This document shows, piece after piece, positions 36,935 through 44,810 of a stretch of 44,810 nt of DNA. The position numbers and the translations under genes are program-made. Position 1 is the stretch's first letter, and each line of letters starts with the position of its first letter. Source of the DNA: a virus (taxonomy: Duplodnaviria > Caudoviricetes); the IMG/VR virus record IMGVR_UViG_3300037705_000170, positions 1 through 44,810 of that record. The stretch is one strand, 5' to 3'. The notes under the pieces are model-generated. The model did not search any database and was not told the origin of the DNA. It worked only from the letters and a program-made list of their open reading frames with translations.

Positions 36935-37568
36935 CGGGGCTTTGGCTTGTTCTGATGCTTTTGTCGATGTTGGCGTTCGCCATCGTGACCCATCACACCG
37001 TCATTAGGCTTGGCGGGGGTCCGTCTGACGGGGCGCGCATATTCGAGCTGGGTATCGCCATGGCCGTCTTTGGGATGCTGGCGATGTGGTGGGAGCCGTC
37101 GGTCTGGCAAACGCCGGTCTGGCAACCATGACCACACGACATTGGGAATATGTCGTTTATTGCGGGCTCGCGCTGTGGGGCATCGGGCTGCTGATGGAGT
37201 TGGCATGATCATCCACAGAAAATGGATTCAGCGTAACGGCAAAAACGAGTGGGATCGTGAAGGCTGGTATCTGTTCGGGTTAATCCCACTCTATGTCCGG
37301 GATTTGTCGTTTCGGTCCAGGGTTTCTATATGACCCGCTGGTTCGCCACATGAAGTTGCCAGACCTACCCAAAGTAAGCCCGGAATTTTATGCCAGGGCC
37401 GCCGTCTCGTCTCTTGCGGGGCTGGTCTTCGTGGCGGCGACGGCGTTCGTCATTTTTGACCTTGGCGGCGGTTATTTGCACGGCGGCGCGATTATCGGCC
37501 TCGGCATGGCTTGGGCCTGGGTCACCGGGGTAAATACAGCGTGGCGCGTCAGGGATTTGATGCAATGA
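36931..37568 (+). other. Four small coupled ORFs, three hydrophobic (36931-37131, 37128-37208, 37205-37333, 37350-37568)
   Basis: GTGA/ATGA overlaps; transmembrane-like stretches. Confidence 0.55.
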
Positions 37569-38668
37569 CCCGCTGGTGTCTCAAATGTCTCATGCCAGAC
37601 ACCCGCCCGAGGATGATCATCGGCGAGGACGGGGTTTGTCCTGCTTGTAAATGGGCGGAACACCTAAAGACCGTGGATTGGGACGCCCGCCGCAAGGAAT
37701 TTGAGCGGCTGGTCGATTCCAAGCGTAAGCACCAAGTCTATGACTGCATCGTGCCGTTTTCCGGTGGCAAGGATAGTGCCGCCATCGCCTGGAAGCTCAA
37801 GAATGTTTATGGCCTAAACCCCCTTCTGGTCTGCTATGGCCAGTTGATCTGGACGGACGTTGGTCGGCGCAACCTTCACCGTGTGGCCAACGCGGGCTTC
37901 GATATCATGTATTGGCGCGTCAACCAGGCCGTATCACGAAAGCTGGCGCGGCGCTTCCTGATCGAACGATTCCACATCAAGAACCACTACGATGCTGCGG
38001 TGGGGGCAGTCCCCATGCGGATGGCGATTCAGTGGGGCATCCCGCTCGTGATCTGGGCTGAACACGGCGAGTCGACCTATGGCGGGCACATTCTTAGTGA
38101 AGATCATACGCGCAAACGGGACGCCGCCGAGGTGCTGGAAAATCTCGTGGGAGACGACGCCAGGAATTGGGCGGTCGATGGGCTGACAGACAAAGACATT
38201 TTCCCATACGTTTTCCCTGATGAGGGCGAGTTATCGGCAGCTGGCGTCGAGGGCCATTACTTCTCCTATTATCACCACTGGGATATTTGGGATAACGCGC
38301 TCCTTATGCAGCGGGAACTCGGCTTTGAGGCCGTGCAGCCGCGTTCTGATGGAAGCCCCGAAGGGCGCGATTCGATCGATGATGCTGTGGATGGCGTTGA
38401 TTTCTGGGGCATGTGGGTCAAGTTCATTTTCGGCCGGGCAACGCGTATTTGCTCGCGTCTTATACAGATGGGCCACATGACGCGCGAGGAGGGCTTGCGC
38501 CTCGTGCGGCAACACGATGGCGAATTCCCCGAGATGTATTTACCGGAGGTGTTGGATTATGTCGGCATGACCCGCGCCGAGTTCCTCGATTTGGCAGACC
38601 GGCACCGTAACCCCGAACTGTGGACCAAGGAGACCGGCGAATGGATGCCGCGATTCCAGCCGGGATGA
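37565..38668 (+). CDS. N-acetyl sugar amidotransferase (PseA/WbuX/PtmG family)
   Basis: CLKCLMPDTRP...CPAC, YDCIVPFSGGKDS PP-loop, KFIFGRAT, GHMTREEG. Confidence 0.92.
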   Translation: MTRWCLKCLMPDTRPRMIIGEDGVCPACKWAEHLKTVDWDARRKEFERLVDSKRKHQVYDCIVPFSGGKDSAAIAWKLKNVYGLNPLLVCYGQLIWTDVGRRNLHRVANAGFDIMYWRVNQAVSRKLARRFLIERFHIKNHYDAAVGAVPMRMAIQWGIPLVIWAEHGESTYGGHILSEDHTRKRDAAEVLENLVGDDARNWAVDGLTDKDIFPYVFPDEGELSAAGVEGHYFSYYHHWDIWDNALLMQRELGFEAVQPRSDGSPEGRDSIDDAVDGVDFWGMWVKFIFGRATRICSRLIQMGHMTREEGLRLVRQHDGEFPEMYLPEVLDYVGMTRAEFLDLADRHRNPELWTKETGEWMPRFQPG

Positions 38669-39114
38669 AAGTCAGTCGTCTCTGTCTGCGATGCGGCAAC
38701 CAGCTGGCGCCTGCTATGCGGAAGGATGCTCGGCATTGCTCTCGCCGCTGTTCCGTCTTGGAGCAGCGTCGCAAGAAAATGGGCCGCTGGCGTGCCGCGC
38801 ATCCGGAAATCAACAAGGAACGCAAGCGGGCCTCCTACCAACGCAACAAGCAGACGGCTATCTGTGCGGTGATCAGGCGTCGCCATAAGCTTGAGTCCGC
38901 TATTCCGCGCTGGCTCACCGCTGACCAGAAAAAGCAAATGGCGGCGAAGTACCGCGAGGCGGCCATGGCCAGTGAACTCACCGGGACACCCCACGAGGTT
39001 GATCATTTCGTGCCGCTGCAAGGCAAGAATGTCTGCGGCCTTCACGTTCCGTGGAATCTTCGCATCCTTCCTCAGTTTATGAACCGAGAAAAGAGCAACA
39101 AACATGCAGCCTGA
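38665..39114 (+). CDS. HNH endonuclease
   Basis: HEVDHFVPLQGKNVCGLHVPWNLRIL...N..KSNK; N-terminal CxxC...CSxxC. Confidence 0.9.
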   Translation: MKVSRLCLRCGNQLAPAMRKDARHCSRRCSVLEQRRKKMGRWRAAHPEINKERKRASYQRNKQTAICAVIRRRHKLESAIPRWLTADQKKQMAAKYREAAMASELTGTPHEVDHFVPLQGKNVCGLHVPWNLRILPQFMNREKSNKHAA

Positions 39115-39928
39115 GCCGCACCCCTGCGACCTCTGCGGCTCACAGGACGCCGCCAAACTCCCCCAGGCCGAAACCTTCGGCTCGGGTGGGGTCTATGTCT
39201 GCATGGGCTGCGGCTTCGTCCATGTCAAGGAGCGCCGCTCGTCAGAGGAAATCGCCAAGTCCTGGGACGACATCTACGGCGACGGTTACACCGCTATGTG
39301 GCCGGCGGTCTTCGCCCGATTGAACTACGTCACAGAATGGTATTCCCAGGCTTACGGCTGGGAAGGAAAATCGGTGCTGGAAATCGGTGCCGGCGAAGGG
39401 CGCTTCCTCGAAATGGTCAGAGAGAGGGGCGCTCACCCGGTCGGGATCGACCCCTCGGCGAGGAACTGCCAGATCTTGAGGTCGAAGGACATCTTCGCCC
39501 ATCATGGGACCGCTGAACACTGCGGCACGGTCGGGCAGTTCGATGTGGTGGCGATTCTATGGACGCTGGAAAACTGCCAGGATTGCATCCGCATGCTGCA
39601 GATCGCGCGGGATAATTTGGCGGTTGGCGGGCATGTGCTGGTTGCGACGGGCTCTCGCATCCTCGTGCCGTTCAAGAAACCGCTGCACACGTATTTCGGG
39701 AAGAACCCGCCGGACACGCATTGTTTCCGGTGGTCAGCGAGTTCGCTTGCGAGCGCGATGCGGAAAGCAGGCTATACTCCGGAAAGAGTCAACGATCATA
39801 TGCAATGCGATTGGATGATCATGGCGGGCGTGCGCCTGCCAATGCCGACGGGCGGCCTATTATATCCGCGAGATGACTGGCGCGACGTGCTCGACTACTT
39901 CGCCGAGTGGGAAAGAATTTTCCCATGA
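39104..39928 (+). CDS. Class I SAM-dependent methyltransferase with N-terminal Zn-binding CxxC pairs
   Basis: CDLC...CMGC; VLEIGAGEG; GIDPS; FDVV. Confidence 0.9.
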   Translation: MQPEPHPCDLCGSQDAAKLPQAETFGSGGVYVCMGCGFVHVKERRSSEEIAKSWDDIYGDGYTAMWPAVFARLNYVTEWYSQAYGWEGKSVLEIGAGEGRFLEMVRERGAHPVGIDPSARNCQILRSKDIFAHHGTAEHCGTVGQFDVVAILWTLENCQDCIRMLQIARDNLAVGGHVLVATGSRILVPFKKPLHTYFGKNPPDTHCFRWSASSLASAMRKAGYTPERVNDHMQCDWMIMAGVRLPMPTGGLLYPRDDWRDVLDYFAEWERIFP

Positions 39929-40620
39929 CCTACATCATCGCCGAAGCGGGCACGGGGCATTGCGACCTCAATGTCATAGCCAGGGAAGGCAGGGCTCGGA
40001 AATTCATCAAAGAGGCCGCCAAGGCCGGGGCGGACGCGGTGAAGTTCCAGATGTTCGTCGCGGACGAGCCGTTGTTTTGTCCGCTCCCCGGAGATGATGA
40101 GCGGATGGAACGATGGAATGGCACAGAACTGAATATCCACGACTGGCGGCGGTTGAAACTCATCGCCGAGCGCGAGGGTATCGATCTCCTCTGGTCCGTC
40201 TTTCAGCCAACCTGCGTCGAGTGGTTGAAGGAACTCAAGCCGAAATACATCAAGGTTGCGTCGCGGTCGGTTTTGAGATTCCCTTACGACGCGCTCCCAG
40301 GGCCGTTTCTGGTTTCGGGGTTTGCTATTTTCCCGACCTACCACCCGGTTCAAAACTTCCATCATCTCAAATGCTGCGCCGAATACCCGGCGCCGCTGGA
40401 CAAGTGCGGCTTTGATGCAAGATACGCCGGCCTCTCCGACCATTCCGGCACGATCTGGCCCGGCCTCGACGCCATCGCCCACGGTGCAAAGTTTCTGGAG
40501 GTGCATTTCAAAATCCCCAGCGCCGACATGGGAAACGACCGGCGCGTGTGCCTTTCGACCGACCAACTGAGACTGTTATGTGAGGCCCGCGATGCCTTTG
40601 CCAAAATGCACCAGGATTGA
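39925..40620 (+). CDS. Nonulosonic acid synthase, NeuB/PseI/LegI/SpsE family (no C-terminal SAF domain)
   Basis: YIIAEAG..H, AGADAVKFQ, IKVAS, C..EYPAP, GLSDHS, GAKFLEVHF. Confidence 0.92.
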   Translation: MTYIIAEAGTGHCDLNVIAREGRARKFIKEAAKAGADAVKFQMFVADEPLFCPLPGDDERMERWNGTELNIHDWRRLKLIAEREGIDLLWSVFQPTCVEWLKELKPKYIKVASRSVLRFPYDALPGPFLVSGFAIFPTYHPVQNFHHLKCCAEYPAPLDKCGFDARYAGLSDHSGTIWPGLDAIAHGAKFLEVHFKIPSADMGNDRRVCLSTDQLRLLCEARDAFAKMHQD

Positions 40621-41143
40621 CTTCGATGACGACTTCGAGGCGTCGCGGTTGACCGCCGATGGTTGGCGCGAAATAGAAATTCTGGAAACCTGGAGCGGGC
40701 CTGTTCCGAAAGGCATAGGCCTCGCGGCCTATACGCCGACGCTCGCGGATATCCCGGCGCTGCAGGCGGTCGCGCTGGCGGCCTTCACCGAGGACCGGCT
40801 GCACAAAGACCCGCTGGTGGCGCGCGGTGAAGCCGATGCGGCGAAGTCGAAATGGGTCGCCGATGCTGTCATGGATTACAAACGCGCTGTTTTTGTCAGC
40901 GGCCACCCCGCCGCCGGGTTCATTTCGGTATTCCCCGGCAAGACCATGGTCATCGACCTGCTGGCTGTCCACCCCGATCATCAGGGTGAGGGACTCGGCA
41001 AAGACCTCGTCATCACCGCCTGCCAGTACGCCGATGCGGAGTTCGTCGAGGCCGGGACGCAATCGACCAACGAACCGGCACGGAAGCTCTACAAAAGCCT
41101 CGGGATGGGAATCGTCAAGCGGCAACGGACGTTTCACAAATGA
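40592..41143 (+). CDS. GNAT acetyltransferase (WecD/RffC-like, NDP-amino-sugar)
   Basis: IDLLAVHPDHQGEGLGK, GTQSTNEPARKLYKSLG. Confidence 0.88.
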   Translation: MPLPKCTRIDFDDDFEASRLTADGWREIEILETWSGPVPKGIGLAAYTPTLADIPALQAVALAAFTEDRLHKDPLVARGEADAAKSKWVADAVMDYKRAVFVSGHPAAGFISVFPGKTMVIDLLAVHPDHQGEGLGKDLVITACQYADAEFVEAGTQSTNEPARKLYKSLGMGIVKRQRTFHK

Positions 41144-41769
41144 ATATCATCGCCATCGTGCAGGCAAGAATGGGCAGCGCTCGGTTGCCCGGTAAAGTCA
41201 TGCGCGAGATCAGGGGCAAACCACTGATCGGCTACCTGCTGGACAGGCTGGTGATCGTTCCGAATCTGGACGGCGTCATCGTGGCGATTCCGGAGCGCGA
41301 CCGGAACACCAGCCTCGCGGCCTATGTCGAGTCGCGCAACATCTCGCTGTTCGCTGGAGAGGAGGACGATGTGGCCGCGCGGTTTCTCGCCTTGCTCGAG
41401 GTCGCCAAGCCGGACGCCTTCGTGCGGGTCTGCGCCGATTCGCCGCTGCTCGATCCGGGGATGGTTTTCGCGATGGTCGAGCAGATGAAGACCAATGGCG
41501 GGGATTTTCTCAGCTCGGTCGGCGGGCTGACGCCGCACGGGCAATACGCCGAACTGGTAAGGACATCCTACTACAAGGCGCATTTTGGAAATTTCACGCC
41601 GGAACAGCGCGAACACGCGGGGTTCCCCTACTTCTACCAGATCGCGCCGCGCCTCTGCGTCGATACCGAGGCGGATTTCGAACGGGTCAAGCGCGTCATC
41701 GAACAGATGTCCGGCGATCACGTCGAATATGACATCGCCGACTGCTGCGGCTTGGCGAGGCTGCAATAA
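41140..41769 (+). CDS. Cytidylyltransferase (SpsF/PseF/NeuA family CMP-sugar synthetase)
   Basis: IIAIVQARMGSARLPGKV, GEEDDVAARF, VRVCADSPLLDP, RLCVDTEADF. Confidence 0.92.
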   Translation: MNIIAIVQARMGSARLPGKVMREIRGKPLIGYLLDRLVIVPNLDGVIVAIPERDRNTSLAAYVESRNISLFAGEEDDVAARFLALLEVAKPDAFVRVCADSPLLDPGMVFAMVEQMKTNGGDFLSSVGGLTPHGQYAELVRTSYYKAHFGNFTPEQREHAGFPYFYQIAPRLCVDTEADFERVKRVIEQMSGDHVEYDIADCCGLARLQ

Positions 41770-42305
41770 TGCCGGTCCTGTCCGAAATCGCCACGCTCGC
41801 GGAGGCCATGCAGGGAACGTCGCTGGCGCGCTTCGGTCATGGCGAGCTGGCGATCCTGAACGGCAAGAGCGCGCGGCTGCAAAAATATGATCCGCGCCTG
41901 GCCGAGGAACTACGCTCCGTCCTGCGCTCGTCTGGCTGCCTCGTCGCCGTCCCCCACACGCGCGGGAAACGCGGCTGGGAGTGGCGGGCCTTTCTCGAAA
42001 CTTACGGCAAGGAGATAGACCCGAATCATTGGTACGGATCGGCCTTCGTCTCCCGCCCGGACGAAATCGAACTGCCGGACGGCTACAACGATATGACGGC
42101 CTCTCTGTTGAGGCGCGGCTCGTGGCTGCGGGGATCCGGTGGGGCCGACGATTACGACCGAATCGACGAGTTGGAGCGGGTCGCCATGACGGTGACCAAC
42201 GCTCCCATCCTGTTGTCATGCGGCCCGACCGCGACCGTGCTGGCCGATCGGTTGAACCGCAGGGGGTTTTGGGCCGTGGATGTCGGCAATATGGGGGCGT
42301 TATGA
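41769..42305 (+). CDS. GT-D fold (DUF1792-like) glycosyltransferase-domain protein
   Basis: SLARFGHGEL..LNGKS..LQKYDPRLAEELRSVL, FVSRP, LLSCGPTATVLA..L...G..AVDVG. Confidence 0.75.
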   Translation: MPVLSEIATLAEAMQGTSLARFGHGELAILNGKSARLQKYDPRLAEELRSVLRSSGCLVAVPHTRGKRGWEWRAFLETYGKEIDPNHWYGSAFVSRPDEIELPDGYNDMTASLLRRGSWLRGSGGADDYDRIDELERVAMTVTNAPILLSCGPTATVLADRLNRRGFWAVDVGNMGAL

Positions 42306-43438
42306 ACCGCATCAAATTCGGAAAGCCGCTGATCGGCAACGCCGCGCGGACCGATGTCGGCGAAATCCTCAAGCGCCGGGCGCTGACCAACGCCGGCAAA
42401 GTCGTGGAGTTCGAGGAACGCTTCGCCGAAGCCATCGGCGGCGGAAGGGCGGTGGCGGTTTCGTCCTGCACCGCCGCTTTGCACATGGCGATGATGGCTT
42501 GCGGGATCGGCCCTGGTGACGAGGTGATCGTGCCGGCGCAGACCTTCGTCGCCAGTTCCCACGTCGTGGAAGCGGTCGGCGCCAAGCCGGTCTTCGTCGA
42601 TGTCTGGCCCGAATCCGGTTCGATGGACCCGAACAGGGTTGAAGCGGCGATCACGAAAAAAACCAAGGCCGTCATGCCGGTGCATTTCGCGGGGAGGCCA
42701 TGCTACATGGGTTCGATCATGGACATCGCCCGGAGGCATAATCTCCGGGTGATCGAGGATTGCGCCACGGCGCTGGGCGCCGTCCATTCCGGGAGACACG
42801 TCGGACTGATCGGCGATATCGGCTGTTTTTCGTTCCACCCCGTCAAGCACATCACCACCTGCGAAGGCGGTATGCTGGTGTCCAGGGATTTCGAACTGGC
42901 CGAAACCGCGCGGCGGATGCGCGAATTCGGCAAAACCCAGAAAGACCCTTATCGGGAACTCCCGGGGGAATACGACATCGTGAGCTTCGGCCTCAATTAC
43001 CGCATGACGGAAATGCAGGCCGCCCTGGGGATCCATCAACTGGCGGACGCCTCCAAGCGGCTCCTGGTCCGTAAATCGAATTACAAATTGCTGAAGGGCG
43101 CCCTGAAGGATTTCGAGGTGCTCGACCTCGGCAACGGCGAGGCGGCGGCCTATTGCCTCATCGTCATGCTGCCCGACTTCATCGACCGCCGGGCTCTGAG
43201 AGACGACATGGCGGCGTGGAACGTGGAGACCTCGATCTACTACCCCGGGCCGGTTCCGCTGATGACCTACTACCGAGAAAAATACGGCTACAAGCCCGGA
43301 GATTTCCCGGCGTCCGAACGCATCGCCGACCATTCCGTGGCGCTCCCGGTCGGGCCCCATCTGGGGACGCCGCAGATGGCGCAGATCGCCACGGCGTTCA
43401 AAGTCGCTTTTGCCAAACAAGAGAAAGTCAGAGCATGA
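42302..43438 (+). CDS. DegT/DnrJ/EryC1/StrS PLP aminotransferase (PseC/LegC-like)
   Basis: VSSCTAALH, GDEVIVP, IEDCA, FSFHPVKHITTCEGG, GLNYRMTEMQAALG. Confidence 0.95.
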   Translation: MNRIKFGKPLIGNAARTDVGEILKRRALTNAGKVVEFEERFAEAIGGGRAVAVSSCTAALHMAMMACGIGPGDEVIVPAQTFVASSHVVEAVGAKPVFVDVWPESGSMDPNRVEAAITKKTKAVMPVHFAGRPCYMGSIMDIARRHNLRVIEDCATALGAVHSGRHVGLIGDIGCFSFHPVKHITTCEGGMLVSRDFELAETARRMREFGKTQKDPYRELPGEYDIVSFGLNYRMTEMQAALGIHQLADASKRLLVRKSNYKLLKGALKDFEVLDLGNGEAAAYCLIVMLPDFIDRRALRDDMAAWNVETSIYYPGPVPLMTYYREKYGYKPGDFPASERIADHSVALPVGPHLGTPQMAQIATAFKVAFAKQEKVRA

Positions 43439-44421
43439 AAATCGCATTGATCGGTGGCGCCGGCCTGATCGGCCACAACATCGCGCTACGCATGAAGAAG
43501 AAGGGTCATGACGTTCTGATCGTCGACCCCCTCACCGTCAACAACAAATACGCCCTGATGGGCAATCCTATTTATTCCGCCATGATCGACGAACGATTGG
43601 CGCTGCTCTCCCACGCCAAAATCCCGATCATGCACGTTGACGCGAGGGACTATCACCAATTGTGCAACGTGGTTGGGCCGTGGAAGCCGGATTCCATCGT
43701 GCATCTCGCGGCCATCGCCCATATCGACCGGTCGAACAAGGACCCGTTCTCGACCTTCGACCATAATTTGAGAACGCTGGAAAACACCCTCGATCTTGGA
43801 CGGTCCCTCAAAAACGTCCATGTGGTGTATTTTTCCTCGTCCACCGCCTACGGCGATTTCAAATCCCCGACCATCGACGAAACCGAGCATTGCGACCCGA
43901 AGGGCATCTACGGCTCGCTCAAATACGCCGGCGAGTTGATGGTCAAGGCGCATGCGGATACTTACGGCATGGCGACCACCATCATCCGGCCCTGTGCATT
44001 ATATGGCCCGCGCTGCGTATCCGGGCGTGTCACCCAGAAATTCGTCGAGCGGGCGATCAAAGGCCTGCCCATCACGATCGACGGCGACGGTTCCGCGAGA
44101 AACGACTTCACCTACATCACGGACTTGGTCGATGGCGTCGAAAAGGCGCTGACGCTGGACACCGCCAAGGGCGAGACCTTCAACATCACCACGGGCGAGG
44201 CCCGCACGCTCAAGGAACTGGCCGATATCGTGAAATCCCATTTCCCCGATCTGGTCGTGAACTACGGCCCCGCCGATCCGGAAAAACCGTCCAGAGGAAC
44301 CATGAGCGTCACGAAAGCCCAATTGCTGCTCGGCTACCGCACGAAATACTCGCTCGAACGGGGCATGGCGGAATATATCGCCTGGAACAAGGCGTTTTTC
44401 GGCCGCCAGGCGGCGGCATGA
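43435..44421 (+). CDS. NAD-dependent NDP-sugar epimerase/dehydratase (extended SDR)
   Basis: GGAGLIG, HLAA, SSSTAYG, YGSLK (YxxxK), RNDFTYITD. Confidence 0.95.
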   Translation: MKIALIGGAGLIGHNIALRMKKKGHDVLIVDPLTVNNKYALMGNPIYSAMIDERLALLSHAKIPIMHVDARDYHQLCNVVGPWKPDSIVHLAAIAHIDRSNKDPFSTFDHNLRTLENTLDLGRSLKNVHVVYFSSSTAYGDFKSPTIDETEHCDPKGIYGSLKYAGELMVKAHADTYGMATTIIRPCALYGPRCVSGRVTQKFVERAIKGLPITIDGDGSARNDFTYITDLVDGVEKALTLDTAKGETFNITTGEARTLKELADIVKSHFPDLVVNYGPADPEKPSRGTMSVTKAQLLLGYRTKYSLERGMAEYIAWNKAFFGRQAAA

Positions 44422-44630
44422 ATGGTAGGAGGATTATTATGGGACTTGGTAAACAGATCCTGTTTATAGTTTTTGGCGCCATTTTCTTCGGTGGGACGGC
44501 CCTTTTTTGTATCGGTATGGCCATGTGGGCGATCTACGGCATCCCAGCCGCGCTGGCGTTGGCGGGCACGGCGGTTCTTTCGGCTGGTGGGGCGCTCTAT
44601 GGCGTAAAAAAGCAATTCGTTGATGGATAA
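44418..44630 (+). CDS. Small two-TM membrane protein
   Basis: Hydrophobic ORF whose stop overlaps the terL start region. Confidence 0.6.
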   Translation: MNGRRIIMGLGKQILFIVFGAIFFGGTALFCIGMAMWAIYGIPAALALAGTAVLSAGGALYGVKKQFVDG

Positions 44631-44810
44631 CTCCCGCCTTCTCGCCGAACTCGACCGGCGGACGCGGCAGCGCAGGCTGCAGAACAGCTACGGCAAGATT
44701 TACGACCATGCCAGGCCCTTCGGCCCGGATAACGTCGGGGTCTATGCCTGGCAACGGGAATTCCACAACGCCGGCAAGGAAAACACCGAACGGATGCTGA
44801 TGGCGGCCAA
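44623..44810 (+). CDS. terL: Terminase large subunit, N-terminal part (continues at window start)
   Basis: ATG at 44623 reads MDNSRLLAELDRRTRQRRLQNSYGKIY...YAWQREFHNAGKENTERMLMAAN, in frame with the 111..1412 ORF. Confidence 0.9.
   Translation, partial: MDNSRLLAELDRRTRQRRLQNSYGKIYDHARPFGPDNVGVYAWQREFHNAGKENTERMLMAA
44684..44810. repeat. Second copy of the 127-bp terminal overlap
   Basis: Identical to 1-127; 127 is a typical assembler k-mer length. Confidence 0.97.

Noticed and set aside
36200-44421. DNA hypermodification or O-antigen conversion role for the sugar cluster
   Set aside because: No base-hydroxymethylase, DNA polymerase, flippase, Wzy or Gtr genes are seen, and the cluster is coupled to late packaging genes. 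Considered less likely, not excluded.
44684-44810. Biological direct terminal repeat
   Set aside because: It is exactly 127 bp and falls in the middle of terL, which fits an assembler k-mer overlap rather than virion ends.

Overview
The window is a complete, circularly assembled temperate podovirus-like phage genome of about 44,683 bp (bases 1-127 are repeated at 44684-44810). The host is probably an alphaproteobacterium, judged from an attP core matching the 3' half of an alphaproteobacterial-type tRNA-Val(GAC). Plus strand, 1-22 kb: P22-like large terminase (spans the contig join), portal, scaffold, N4-gp56-type major capsid, Thr-rich decoration and tail proteins, adaptor and nozzle, ejection proteins, then the lysis cassette. 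At 22-31 kb: attP, tyrosine integrase, excisionase, a leftward early operon (SSB, Rad52/Sak-like annealase, many small ORFs) and a repressor/Cro switch with palindromic operators. At 31-36 kb: a rightward early operon (NinG-like nuclease, adenine methylase, HTH proteins) and the small terminase. The standout feature is an ~8.4 kb cluster between terS and terL encoding a near-complete pathway for a modified CMP-nonulosonic acid (pseudaminic/legionaminic type): dehydratase, aminotransferase, GNAT, NeuB-family synthase, cytidylyltransferase, amidotransferase plus HisF-like partner, methyltransferase and a GT-D-fold protein. A CstII/Maf-like sialyltransferase-fold gene sits inside the capsid module, and a Thr-Ala-Thr motif recurs in many unrelated virion proteins. 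Together these suggest a phage-encoded, flagellin-style virion O-glycosylation system; this is inference from motifs read by eye, not demonstrated. A parS-like site, a dif-like site and IHF boxes flank terS, and I recognise no replication initiator, helicase or polymerase.
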